Origin: Elsinoe ampelina
Lineage: Eukaryota
Direction: 5' to 3'
Assembly: GCA_010093995.1 (NCBI GenBank)
Contig: ML992501.1
Span: 2,111,320-2,175,319, forward strand
DNA: 64,000 bases
Shown: piece after piece, positions 1 to 13,885 of the stretch
Numbering within the stretch: position 1 is the first letter of the stretch
Layout: every line of letters begins with the position of its first letter
Position numbers and translations under genes: made by a program
Notes under the pieces: model-generated
Seen by the model: the letters and a program-made list of their open reading frames with translations, nothing else
Told to the model about the DNA's origin: nothing
Database searches by the model: none

Positions 1-660
<660 letters not shown>

Positions 661-1462
661 ATGTGTACTGTACGAGCATGATGGAATGGGAATGAGAATG
701 ATATCCTGAAAGCCAGAGTGTGACGTCCTCGAATGGACCGGAGTGGAATAGGAATACAGCGCTCCAATTTCTTCTTTGTAATCACTGTTCGATAGTCCCG
801 GGAATCTCAGATATAATTGAATCAAACGTATATGCCGAAAGGCCAGCGTTGGCGGTGACGAAAGTGGAAGTATCTATACGCGTACAGCGAAGGATGAATT
901 TCCAACTGTCACATGCAGAACCCATACGAAGCCCCCCTACCCACATGTTGCGTCGGTTATCCGCTAAAAAGAACATTCAAGCAGAACGATTATTGGGCCT
1001 CCCAGATCTGATCAGCCAGAAGCGACTTTCGCTTAGGCAAGAAACTTCAAACCAAGCTCATTCGCAGAGACCCATCCGAGCGAATGAGCTGCCAGCTTTG
1101 ATATTGTCGTCAGCGATTTTGAACAACTCTTGGATAGCTAGCTCTGGACGAGGGGGAAACAACAGATATGTCAGTTTATCCATGTGCTTAAGACCCATGT
1201 TACCTTTCTCTACTTTGCTGTGACGTTCTCTGCTCCCACTCTGTATGATCCGTTGAGAAGTCCAATCCTAGGGCTCTTTGAACCAACGGTTGCAAGCTAC
1301 GACCGATCCACGATAGTGACGTTTCCACGAGTCCACGAGCTAGCGACCTCTACCAACAAGTTACTGCTAGGTCTGCCGTTCACTACATTTCATACTAAAC
1401 AACTCTTGGACCCCTTCGCATTCGACCGGCTGCTCTCTGCTGCAGTCACACAGCTCAGAACA

Positions 1463-3497
1463 ATGTCAGCCATCGGGTGGGGCCTATTAGGGCTCTTCGT
1501 CCTCTACTGGGGAAACTACTTTCGCTGTCTTCAGAAGAACTTGAACGATGCAAGACAGTCTGGACTACCATATGTCATTACACCAATCTACTTTCTCAAT
1601 CGCAAATGGCTTGTTCAGTCGAGACTATGGCTGCCTCTCCTGCGCAAGCTCCCCGCTCCCCTGCGCGGACTCTGGGTAGAGTACGAGATGTTCCCTTCAC
1701 CTCCTTAGATTGGTCTAACCTCGCACAGCATGCTCGACAACGAATGGGTCTGGAAGATCAAGCGGAAGCCCTTTGATATGCTCAACTGCAACGCCTTCCT
1801 CGTCGTCGCTCCAGGCAAGAACTCCCTCTTTGTAGCCGACGCCGAAGCCATCTCCCAGATCGCGATTCGACGCAACGACTTTCCCAAGCCTGTACAAATC
1901 TACACGTCAGTCGACATCTTTGGCAAGAATGTGGTCAGCACGGAAGGGAGCATCTGGCGGCATCATAGGAAGATCACATCCCCACCATTCACGGAGAAGA
2001 ACAACCACATGGTCTGGCAGGAGAGCTTGCATCAGGCACAAAGCATGATCGCTGCGTGGTTCCAGGACGGAAAGGAGGAGAGCAAGCCGGTCATTGATGT
2101 TTCTGGGGCAGCCATGAGATTGAGTCTGCATGTCATCAGCAAGGCAGGATTTGGTGTGAGGTTGTACTGGCCGCATGAAGAGCAGCAGTTGAAGGGCAAG
2201 GTGGGAGAGATTCCGGAGGGACACACCATGACATACAAGGATGCGCTCAGTACGCTGCTTGAGAATATTGTTGCTGCTTTCTTGCTGCCACAGTGGGTCC
2301 TGAGTGAGTAGCCCCTGTCATCTACCTCGAATGTCATACTGATCAGTCACAGAATACGCCCCTTTCAAAGTCACCCGCGACTGCTACGAAGCTCTCACCA
2401 ATTGGCGACAGTATATGCAAGAGATGTATGATGCAAAGAAGGCTGAATTCTCCTCTGGCACTGCTCCCGACTCAGGCATGGACCTCATGGGCGCCCTCGT
2501 CAAGGGCGCTGGCATCGGATCAGATCCATCGAACGCGGAGAAGGGCACAGGTCAGCTCCTCACCGATAGCGAGATTCTCGGCAACGCCTTCGTCTTCATC
2601 CTTGCTGGTCACGAGACAGCCGCCAACACGATCCACTTCTCCCTACTCCTACTTGCCATGAACCCCTCCTCCCAACGCCGCCTCCAACGGGACCTCGACG
2701 ACATCTTCGGCAAGCGGCCAGTTTCCCAATGGAACTACGACGAAGACATCCCCCGCCTCTTCGGCTCCATGGCCGGAGCCGTCATGAACGAAGAACTCCG
2801 CCTCGTTCCCCCCGTCGTCGCCATCCCCAAAACCACCCTCGACCCCCAACCCCTCACCGTCGACGGCAAACGCGTCACCATCCCCGCCGGCACCATGATC
2901 AACCTCACCACCGTCGCCGCCCACACAGATAAACGCCACTGGCCCGTCGTCAGCCCCACCCCAAACCCCACCGACGCCGCCCGCGACGCCGACCTCCTCC
3001 AATTCAAGCCCGAGCGCTGGCTCCTCGACGGCTCCGCCACGCCCGTCCCCGGCGCCTCATCCTCCACTCAAGCCAAAGACGACGAAGCCGACCGCGGCGA
3101 CGACATCGGCGGCCCGCAATCAAGCGACACCTCCTCGGCCCTCTTCAAGCCGCCCCGCGGCGCCTACCTCCCCTTTTCCGAGGGCTACCGCGCCTGCCTC
3201 GGGCGCCGCTTCGCACAAGTCGAAGTCCTCGCGGTCCTCGCGGTCCTGTTCAGGGAATACAGCGTCGAGTTGGCGGTCGAGGAGATCCTGGGGGAGCAGT
3301 TCCCGTTCCCGACCGGGGAGGAGGAGGTGCAGGATTTGAAGCGGGAGGGGACGGGGAGGGAGGAGTGGGATGCCGCGAGGGGCAGGGCCGAGGGACTGTT
3401 TGAGACGGCCATGGGGACGATCATCACGTTGCAGATGAGGGAGGGGAAGGTGCCGGTTAGGATTGTGAGGAGGGGGAGGGAGAGGTTTGATTATTAG
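1463..3497 (+). CDS. Cytochrome P450 monooxygenase (family and substrate unknown)
   Basis: Exons 1463-1680, 1729-2303, 2353-3497. N-terminal membrane anchor, I-helix FILAGHETAANT, ExxR (EELR), KPERW, heme motif FSEGYRACLG. Confidence 0.93.
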
Positions 3498-4349
3498 CCT
3501 TGGTTTGGCTGTGGGTCGGTTCTGGGGATGGGGAGATGCGTTGGTGGGAGGGCTTGGGGCCGGGGGGAAGGGGATTTGTTGCATTTGTAGCTTCGTCCAG
3601 GGTAGGGTGTGCAGGGAGGACATGAATGGGATATGATCACGAGACACTTTTGGCGAGGTGAAATGAAGGGTTGTGGAATCGTTCATACAGAGACTATCCT
3701 GCCTTTTTCCACGTCTTCCTCCTCTTCCCTCTCCTCGTTCCCACGTCTCTCTCCTCCGAACCCATAACTCTCATAATCCACGCTATGCACCACCCGATCC
3801 ACCACATATATCCAACTAAATACCCGAACAAAACTATACGTAAGACTTCCCGCGCCAGACAACTGCTGAAACAGCACCGGTCGAAGGCCCATACCCCACT
3901 GGCTCGCCCGGCGTTACCGGCTGGCGGGGGCGAGGGAAGGAAACCAATATCGCTGGCTCGAAACGAAGAGAAACGAAAGAAAAATTTCATGCTGGTAGGG
4001 TCGTCGACGATCGAAACGGTGAATCGTAGACACGAAAAACAAAATCGAAACGTGAAGCGGGGCTGGGGACCGCTGGCTAATCTGGCCGGTCTGGTTGGTC
4101 GTTAATAGATGGTCGCTTGCTGCGTGGGGTCCTTTACGGGGGGGGAAAAAGGAAGAAGATGGGGGGCGTTCGTAAGACATATATCTGGCGTTAGGCATGT
4201 TGTACAGTTTGTGCAGAAGGGGAAGCCGAGAGGAAGGGGTTTGTCGGTCGCTGTGGCTGGGAAGAGAGCGCTGTCGTGGTGTGGTTTCGGGCGTCGGGAT
4301 TAGAAGTGCCAGTCCGTGGCAGGCGATGGGTGTGCTGTCGCGCAATGCC

Positions 4350-7300
4350 TCACGTGTTGCTCTCGAAACTCTGGTTCTGGCTCATGTACCCGCTCCCGGA
4401 GTGGAAGCTCTGCTGACCTCTCCAGTCCTCGTCTACGTGCATGAGGGAACCGGCGGGTGGTGCGGGGGGTGCTGGCACGCTGCGGTTGAATAGCCGTCTG
4501 TGTATCATCTGCAGGTATTGAATGTCCTGGTTGGCGGTCGGTGAGCAGTACCGGAGGTTGGCGAGGAAGCGGACGGTGCGCTCGAAGAGCCTCTTCAGCT
4601 CTTGCTCTGAGATGAGCTCGACGAGGAAGTCGATGCCAGATTGGTAGCAGGCTGCGAGGACGAGCATGTTGGAGAATTGTCTGGAGCGGTCAGTTGATGA
4701 AAGAAGACAGGGCGAAGAGGAAAGCTTACGCGTGACTTGTGCCCACGATGTTGGTCACAATCAGCCGGCCTTTGAGCCCGTCAAAGGCGATGGTACTCCG
4801 GATGGCCGACTGAACGCACCTCCCGGATCGCTCAATGACGATGTCTCTACGCATGGTCGCGATGGCCGCGAAGTAGTGAGATTCGTTCTTCCGCGGCCGA
4901 TCGTACGCATCGCGAGCCATGTCACCCGGCTTGCCACTGGCGTTGTTGCTATTCATGGCGTGCAGGACGTAATCGAGATACGGCCGGAGATGGATGTACT
5001 GCGCCCCGTAGTACTTGGCTCGGAGTCGTACCTCCAATATATCACTCGCTGGACCTTCTGGATCCTCCCAGCGATGAGCTCCGCGGAAGCCTTCTAGAGT
5101 GCTGAGGTTGAGGTGCATCAGGTCGGCGAGCCTTTCTGGCGGTAGCGAAGGCACTGGACGGAGACATCAGTAAATGTTGAAATGTTGGTCAGCATCGAGA
5201 AAGAGTACTTACTGTTACGACCGTATATCTCGGCATGCATCTCATTGAGACGGCTTCGAAGGAACAGCTGTTTGTGATAGAACTCAAGGGCACGGCTAAA
5301 GTCGTACCCATCGAGTGTGGCCAGCGCTTTGCGAGGTAGAGGAAGGGAGCTTTGCAGGGCTGCAAGACCACTATGTGGATAGTCCAGCTCGGCAAGAATG
5401 TCGCTGCGAGAAAGTCAATGATTGACCAGAATAGCATTGTCAACGAACTGACCTTTCCAATTGCAGAGCCGACCAGCAGACAACCAACAAGGTATTCTCA
5501 AAGATATCCTTCTTTGATCCGATTGGGTATCTCCTCGGGTGCTGGGAGCCGACTCCCTTGTCTAGGTTGTTCCTATTCAAGTCAGTGGGGGCACATTTGC
5601 TGTCCAAAGGTCAAGACGTACATGCGCAGCTGATATCGGCAGATCCTGCAAGCGTCATGGATCCAGCTCCAGCTCTCCTGCACACGTCCAAGCTGTCCTT
5701 TGTAGAGACCTGCCAGCAGCTTGGCTTGAGCCGCAGCCAACTCGTTGGAATCGGAGAAGAGTCCCAGGATGGCGCATGCTTCTCTGTAGTATTTCAGACC
5801 AGGTATGTGCTCGTGATTGTTGCGAATTCGCCGTGACATGCCAGGTCCTGGCGAGTCGTGTATTGATTGGGGACTCTGCCCAGCGGCCCGAGCGTCGACA
5901 GAACTTGGAGTAGACGCGTTGTAGGACACCGCGGTCGAAGCAGGCGAAGGCCTCGATGTGGCTGTAGGCGAGCCGCTGTAAAGTACATTCGATGGAGGTG
6001 GCATGGAGATAACGTGTGGGTCATCAGCCAGAGGACCTGGCACCATGCCTTGATATTCGCAGATCTTGCCCAGGGCAAGCACCAGATACGTGATGGCCAC
6101 AGGCAGAGATCGCTCATTAGACATGCGCGGCGTCGGTATTGCCGGGCTGTCAGCTATCAGCTGCCCGTCTCGTCCTCTCTTCTTCGATCTTGAATTATCT
6201 CCGTTGACACCTTGCAGTGGTGAATGCATGGCTGTCCTCGCGTCGGGTGAAGCATGTCGCTTGATGAAGGTCGGCAAGAACTTCAAGAGTGTCGGCATGT
6301 CCAGAAACGGGTGAAGGATGTGAATGTGCTCGCAATATGATCCGAGCAATCTTCGTACAGTCTCTTCTTTCAGGTCCAGTCGTGCTGGCTCACTGACATA
6401 CACACCTTTGGGGTCGGAGGGCAAATCAGTCGCACCGTCCCACAAGTCAGGCGGAGAAGCTCCCTCGATCTCAGTGTCAGAATCGAATGCTCCCAACTCT
6501 GTTGGCTTTTGTGTCTCCCCTGCGCCATCAAGCCGCAGCCAACCTCGAGCTTCACCATTGACGACGTAGTTGTATTTCAACTTCCCACGATCCTTCCAGT
6601 CAAAAAGCTTGTTGATACTCGGCCACAGATAGAGAAGCTTATGTGCGGCGGTGGTATGGTCGTCAAAGTCGGGCACTTCCTCAGTCTCTTCGGTCTCCGA
6701 CTTGATAGCGGGATTGACTTCGTGCCGCGCGCCATGCGAAGATGCTTCTCGATGCAGCGATTGTGCCTGCGCGGATGAGGGAACCCTGCTCATGGCCTCG
6801 GCTGTTGGCGTATCCCTGCGAGCAATTTCCTCTCGTTTCGGCTCCCTGCTCAGCTCCCGGGACGCGGCCTGAGCATTCAAGAGCTCCTCCAGTCTGGACA
6901 GCTTGTCGAGGATCTCCTTTCCAGTGTCCGGTAGGTGCTCCACAATGTCATGTATCGTATTCAGTAATTGTGGTGGCGCACCCTTGTCCAGTCTGCAACG
7001 GTCAGAATACCATCACGATGTACATACGAATTCAATATACCCTTTTGTCGTTTGACTTTCTCGATATTTACACTCTACGCCCTGCTCATGGCAAGTTGCG
7101 CACGGGTGTTGTTCGTCGCACTTGGACTTTCGTTCTCTACATCGATCGCAAGCCTGTAGACATTAGTATCGCATGACGACAGCCAGCACCTGTGACGTAC
7201 CTGCGAAGCGCGATTCGACTTTTTCTTCCCCGGCGGCGCAGGAGGCCCATAAGGAGCATACATCACTGGAGCGTAATGAGGTGGATGTTGCATGCCGTAA

Positions 7301-7857
7301 TGTCCCTGCTCGACCATGTGATGTTGCGGGGCCGCTCCTGCTTCCGCATGCGGCGGCGGCACATGTTGCGGTGGGTGAGGATGGTAGTAGCCAGGCGGCG
7401 GAGGTCCTTGTGGAGGGGGAGGCCCCTCATGGTGGTAAGATGGCGGCGGCGGTGCATGTTGAGGCCCTTCATTTGGGCGCTCAGGGTGAGATCTCATCGA
7501 CGCAGACGATGGAGGTTGTGACGGCGTACTGGGTGTCCTCTGAGGCGGATGCCCTGGGTATTCGGGAGGCTGCCTGTTCACCGGTGTAGCATGTCCTGAC
7601 CCTTCTCCTGCATGCCCGTGCTCTGGGGCCCTTTCTGGCCTGGCTGACGGGGGGACGTAATGAGACTGAGGTGGTCCATACGACGATGGGTGATGGTAAG
7701 GATGTGCTGGTCCTGGCGGTGGATAGTGAGAGTGAGGTGGTTGAGGAGGATGCGGAGACGGTTGCGTGGGCGATTGACGGGAGGGAGGGTTCAAAGTGGA
7801 AATGCTGGGCAGACTACGAGGATGCTGTTCGGCGGGACGAGATATGTGGTGATCCAT
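4350..7857 (-). CDS. Zn(II)2Cys6 fungal transcription factor with Pro/His-rich N-terminus and fungal TF middle/C-terminal region
   Basis: Seven exons: 7857-7201, 7153-7041, 6992-5622, 5572-5453, 5403-5213, 5153-4730, 4680-4350, all GT-AG and in frame. Exon 2 encodes ACDRCRERKSKCDEQHPCATCHEQGVEC (Cx2Cx6Cx5Cx2Cx6C). Later WSALQLESDILAEL and TNIVGTSHAQFSNMLVL blocks. Confidence 0.9.
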
Positions 7858-10800
7858 GATTCTGGTTACCTCAAGCCATGAAGCAGATGACCGTTGTGGA
7901 CCAGCCTGTCGGGGAACAGCGGGTGTAGGTCAGGTCGAGGAAAGTCTCGAGGGGTTTAGGTACGTTACTAGCAGCGCACCAGCATCCGAGCGATTGGCTT
8001 CTGCTGTGTCAATCTCTTGTCGACAAATGGATGTGCAGGGTCACGGCGCCCAAAGCCGCACAAAGTCAGAGAATGCCGGCCGAGCCCAGGGGGGGGAGGG
8101 AGCTTGATTCGGTGGTGCGAGTAGTGTATCCAGATGAGGCGGGGTGGAGGGATTGGTAGTCGCAGCCGAGAAAAGCAAACGGGTCAGCTGCTGGGAGAGA
8201 AATCGCGTGGTGTAGTACAGTAGCTCGACGAGTACAACGAGCAAGGCAAGGTTGTTGCGGACGTGTCGCGATGCTAACGGCGGCTGCGGTCTGGCAGGTG
8301 AATTTTGGGCTCTGAGGAGGCAGATGTCCCGCCGAGAACGATCTCCGGAAGATCCCCACTCATTCCAGGATACCGGTAGGGAAGGGGACAGGTCTCGATA
8401 CAGGTTTCAAGTGCCGCGATCTAGCCGCAGATTTGATCCTGTCTTTTTGCGAGATTGCAACAGCAGCAAGCAGACTCGCCCACTGTCTTTGACCGAGTCA
8501 GTCAGATGTCAGATACGACGCGAAGTGGAGCTTTGAGCTTGCACAGGCGAGAGGCCAAGAGGGGAGGTAGCAGTGCGCGAGATCGTTTGTGCCGGTCACG
8601 CGTGGGAGTGAAGATCGATAGATCAACAAACGTCGGGCCAAGCTGCTCATGCCCGCCAACGAAGCACAGAAGTACGCAATGATGCAGTAGAAGCGGTCCA
8701 GTTGGTGTCCAGTCGGCGCACAAAGAAGGCATCCAACGGCTAGCCCTCGATGGATGCGCCAGAGTTGCGGTCAGGGCGGCGGACAAGACAGGCGATCGAT
8801 GGAGATTAGGAAGAAGGTTTTCCAAAATGGCAGACCGCACGTGGCTCCCCCAGCTCGCATTGCCTGCTCGCAAGGGGGTGATTCGTCAAAAGTCTGACAG
8901 ATTGGCACCAGGCCTCACCCGTCCCGCCGCGGCGTGGGAACCACTCTGCGGATTTTGCTTGCAAGCCGTCAAGGACGTGGCTTCTGTCAAGCGTCATGCA
9001 AGCATGATGATCTGGGATCAAGGCTGTCGAGCCGACCTGTCGATAGACATGTCCACAAGTGCGTCTACCAAAACCGCGGGTTGTCGAGGTACTCGCTGAT
9101 GATCCAATCACTTGAACTAGCTTGCATTGGTACATGTAGTACATATTATGTCGATATTCGACGAGACTGGTCGCGCAACTGTTGAAATCGACGCCTGTGT
9201 GTAACTTTGGGCGAGGCCGGCGGTCCCAAATTGAAAAATTGCTTTGCTTGGACATCTGGCGTGTCATTTGCTACACCCGTTTCAAAGAACCGAGGTGTGC
9301 CCCCACTGTGATGGAGTTTTGTGGTGTTTAGCTTACCAAAGGTGTGCGGATGTTCTTTTCTTGGATATAATAGGAGAAGAACGACCAACGGCTTCTGACG
9401 GGGCGTAGTCCTTCCGTGGGTATACCACAACGCTTGCTGGACGCGACCGAACTGTACCGTAAACCTGGTCGTTCTGTCCCTCCTTGTCCCGACTTGATAC
9501 TATCTGGTGTGTCATCATAACGAGGATGCGGCACAGGATTTGACCGGCACATCATTGATAGCGGGATAACTTGGACGGCTTGACTCGTCGATTCTGTAGA
9601 AAGTGGTAGGCTTGTGCTCAGATTTTGCCCCACGAATCAATCAGATCCTCCTAGGGTGGGATGAAATGTCAGGGAACAGGCCGCACGTGGTATTTGCCGG
9701 TGGCACCGAGCTGTCGCCGTGACTCGCTCTTGTTGCGTCGGGCGAGATGCATTTACAGTATCCCTCGATACAGCAAGAGGCTCGCTTGGCTGCCGGAAAT
9801 CCGCCGAAAGATCAGCTGTGAAATGATGATGATCGTCGTTGTCGTCTCTGCGAGTACCTTTCGAGGATCCAATTGGTACTGCCGAGATGAATGGAAGAAC
9901 TGATGAAAACGTGCGCACAGTGGTACAAGTTTCTGTCTCCGCGGGTCTAGCTAACCCTCGCGTGTGACAAGACTTTGCGGTGAAGCTGCATGAGGATCTC
10001 AGTGCGGGAAAGAAGAAAGCAAATGGGAGACAACGATTTCGGAACAGCTCGGTCTTTTGGTTTGCGATGCGGTGACACAGCAGCTAGGCCCTCTCGTGGT
10101 TTGTACATGCTGCAGTACTGTGCATGTCCCTTCTGACAGTCTCTGTTCTACAAGTGTGTCTGCCAATCCGTCATTGAACATGACGCTCTACTACTGTAGC
10201 ACTCGTCGTTCGCAAGTGGTTCCACAAAGGAGGATAAGCTCAGACGGTTCGCTCTGGAAGCGTAGGAACGTCGATCCCGAGGACGACCATCTGAAATTTC
10301 ACACACCTTTATGTTCACCGGACGTCCAGAAGCAGTTTCGCTCTCTTCGAATCAGATCCGTCACAGTGGGTAGAAGGGTGCAAGGTTCGGCGCGTAGCTT
10401 TGGCCGAGGAGCTGACCATTGGTGATGTGGAGTGATCACAGTGTGCTGCAGGATCCATTAGACGATGACGGCTTGGGGCGTGGCGTCAATGCGTGCATGA
10501 AAGACGAAGCTCTTGTTTCGCTTAGAAAATCGTACAGAACAGACAGGATCTCGAGATCGACTGCTGCGAGGGAGGGGTGGCGTGCACGCTCTCCAGCGAT
10601 ACGGTCGAGATCTCTGACACAGGGGTCGGGCGGTCGATAGTCGCACGTTAGTTACATGTGTGGCTCGCTGGCAAGGTAATTGGTACCGTGCTCTGCATGT
10701 TGAGAAATGATAGTCCACAGTACATATTGACTTCACACCGCCGATGTCTGTATATCTGATCGTGCTCGTACGAGGCAGCCCATGGCATATTCCCGTGCAA

Positions 10801-11369
10801 CGTGATCGCATCGAGGTCAAGCCTGACGACCACGCCGCCTCTTGTCTCACCGTTCTTGCTCCCTATCGTTCGCGAAACTTTCCTCTACTACGAGGTACTT
10901 TGGTACATGATATTCGCGGGACGAGAAACGACAGCTGTAGATCCCACCTTGACATGCAGGAATTGTCATCTTGGCAAGGATTAGACATTAGCGTCAAAGG
11001 AAGATCTCATCGATCTCGTCCCTTGACAAACGGGCATTTCGATTCATCTCGTTTCTGCATTCTGTGTCATGTCACTGCAGTGTTTGATGGGTCCCTGGTC
11101 CCAAGCAGCTTCTCGTGACCATCTCATGTACTCGGTCACGGGCCTCATCGACAGCTGTCAAGGCAGTGCAATACGTCGACCGGGTTAAATTATCCTGCAT
11201 GCCAGCAATCCCAGCATTGCCAGCAGGGTTCCGCATGGCCACTGCCCGTGCTACATCCGAGAGATTGACTGCCCTGAGTCCTCTCTCCACTGTAGACACT
11301 GAAAATCTCCAGCGGGTTCCCATGCAGTCCTCGGGTACGCCCACAGCGATCTGGCAGGTTCCGAGCGAC

Positions 11370-12381
11370 TCACGATCCTGGCTGATGGCCGTGAGCTGTC
11401 GCAAATGCGTCTCGGTGAACGACAGGTCGCAGCACAACCTTGTTCGTCTGTACCCACTCCTCAATTTTGTCCCTAACCACGACTGCTTCAGTAGGCGCCT
11501 TGGGGCTTGGGTCCACAATACCCATCACTTTGAGGGTCGCAATGACGTCCTCCGGTAGAATCCATGTGTCCTGGACAATGTCTCGTATGCTCAATTTTTT
11601 CGCCGAGGACGTAAGGATGCTGCGGGCGATGTTGACCGACCAGTATGCGAGATAGCCTTTCCGGCCCAAGCTGGACAACGCTAGATTGACTATTAGCATC
11701 CCCATCCGCATCCAGGGCAAGATTGACACGTACGCTTCTCAGGGCCACCCAACCTACCCTCCCTTCGGCTCAATTCATAGCTGACCCCCATGAGAATCTG
11801 GCCGAGCCCCCTGCGCTGCCAGGGTGGGAAGACCAGGATGCAGGCCACATTGTTGTTGTCCCAGCTCATCTTCTCTTTGCTGAAGAAGCCGACAATCTGC
11901 CGTTGAGCTGTCCTAGAATCATAGAGAGCCATCGTGTAATATCGAAAGGTCGTGACATCATAAAAGACCGACTTGGTGTCGAGGAATAATTTGGAGAACA
12001 GTGACAGATTCTGTGTATACAGCTTGTGTTCTTCACCATCGACTTCGAATATGGAAATTTCGTCCTTTGCATATATCAAAGTGCCAGGTGGTGTGCATTC
12101 CTTGAGAGGGCAAACTTTCTGCCAGCTGTCAGACCGGTGACCACGCCACTTGATATCTCACTTACCATATGCGCCACAAATGGCATCAATTCCTTGGAAT
12201 AGCGGAAACACCATTGGCAAACGTACAATCTCTCGACTTTGTTGCCTATCAGCTCCTGTGGATAAAAAGCAGGATACCATGGCTTGATTAGCAAATTCCC
12301 GAGCACTACGCTCTGCACGTTGTGCTCAGCGTGCTTGCGAGTCCGCTCAGATGTGCGTGAGATGGGAGAAGAGGTCGTCAT
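11370..12381 (-). CDS. SAS2: MYST-family histone acetyltransferase, Sas2-like
   Basis: Exons 12381-12166, 12118-11734, 11680-11370 (alternative start 12489). C2HC finger LYVCQWCFRY..H..C, QNLSLFSKLFLDTK, acetyl-CoA motif ACILVFPPWQRRGLG, GPEKPLS. Short MYST-only architecture suggests Sas2. Confidence 0.85.
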
Positions 12382-12629
12382 GATCCTCGTTGTGATGATT
12401 GCTTCCGATGCCCGATCATTGCTGATGATGGAATGGATCACAAAAGGAAGACGTAAAGACGTGGAAGGAGTCGAGGTGCTGAGGGGCATTGCCTGTACAA
12501 GGGATGGAGGGCTTGGCTGAAGGAATAGACCATGACCCGTGAAACATGCTATTATCTACCCGTACCAGATTGTAATTGCAACCATCGCGTCCCAGTACAG
12601 ATTATAAATATTGAGCTGCTCATATTCCT

Positions 12630-13571
12630 TCAGCGGTGTGATTCTATATACCTCACTATCCCACTACCAACGCCTTCAGGACTGGGTACTTCTGCGCATA
12701 CGTGGGGTTGAAAGGCGAACTGTCGCCTCAAGAAATCTCTCGTAGTAGGTCCTATCGTGGCAACATATGTACCAGGACTTCTCGTCTCAGCTAATCTCCT
12801 ATCGTATTGTCCCTCGTCATTCAGCCACCCGACTGTCCGTAACATGGCGCGACATCCTGAAGGTGAAAACACGACTACCCACATGTCCGTGTCTCGTGGT
12901 CTCTGTTTGAGAATCTTCTCCAATTCATCCCCAAAATCTGCCTTCTCGGCTGTACCATAGACAGTCCTCTCAATAACGGGTATCCTGAGCTGCTCTGGCT
13001 CTGCATTCTGTAGCTTCACGGGGATGATATCCCGCCGTTGCTCTCCAACTAGGAATAGCAAAGGTAGTCGCCGTCCATCTGGGCCGAGGGGCGATTTGTA
13101 CTTCTCAAGTATAAAGTCGGCAAGGATATCGCCGTTGCCAGACTCCTCTCCAAGAACGGAACATTTCAATTGGAGTGCTCGTACCGCCTTTGCTGTGGCG
13201 GGACCGACAACAAAGAGTGGTAGTCCTTGAGGTAGGCACTGTTCTCGTTGCTGCAACGACAAGGTGTCGACCACTCGGGAAAAAGCTTCCACGGCTCTTT
13301 GAGATGTGAAAATGATACCACCGAATAGTTCCTCCGCTTCAGCCCTACCTCGGGGACCTTGAGTGAAGCAGCCGTTCTCGATCGTGCCTCTCAGCCAGCT
13401 GAGAGATTCTTCCACGAATTGGTGTTGCAGGACGGGGACGAAACGAGGTGTGAATCGTACGCTGTCGATGTTATCAAAGTACTCTTCGTAGCCATCTGTC
13501 GGCGTCGACTTTGTCTTGAGTAGTAACACGGGCATTCCGTTATCCCGCGCAGAGTCCGGCGTATGCGGCAT
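12630..13571 (-). CDS. HEM4: Uroporphyrinogen-III synthase
   Basis: Single-exon ORF with PVLLLKTKS, GIIFTSQRAVEAF, VVGPAT, FLVGEQRRDIIP, VVFSPSG and ATIGPTT. Confidence 0.92.
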   Translation of the reverse strand: MPHTPDSARDNGMPVLLLKTKSTPTDGYEEYFDNIDSVRFTPRFVPVLQHQFVEESLSWLRGTIENGCFTQGPRGRAEAEELFGGIIFTSQRAVEAFSRVVDTLSLQQREQCLPQGLPLFVVGPATAKAVRALQLKCSVLGEESGNGDILADFILEKYKSPLGPDGRRLPLLFLVGEQRRDIIPVKLQNAEPEQLRIPVIERTVYGTAEKADFGDELEKILKQRPRDTDMWVVVFSPSGCRAMLRTVGWLNDEGQYDRRLAETRSPGTYVATIGPTTRDFLRRQFAFQPHVCAEVPSPEGVGSGIVRYIESHR

Positions 13572-13885
13572 GCTTCATCCGCCTTCGGGGGAAGTGACTC
13601 GATTGGTGTTTAAGAAGAATCAAGCTCAATGCTTCCGGGATCCCCGATGATGAACAGCTGTCTTTGTCACGTGTCCACTGTCATGCATGCAACTGTCAAA
13701 TTCCAATTGGAGATTGAGCATGGCGCAAAGTGGGGTGCAGGGCGATAGAGTTATCGATGCGTTCCTGGTGGCACAAGATCAACTTTAATTCACGGCCAAG
13801 ATGTGACGACCTTCAAATGCCTGTAACGGAAACTCCATATCCTATTCTGTCCCATTTCCTTTGTAGCGTCGGGAAAACGACGGGA

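Noticed and set aside
1463..7857. P450 next to a Zn2Cys6 TF as a secondary-metabolite cluster
   Set aside because: No PKS, NRPS, terpene synthase, transporter or other tailoring genes; flanks are housekeeping genes.
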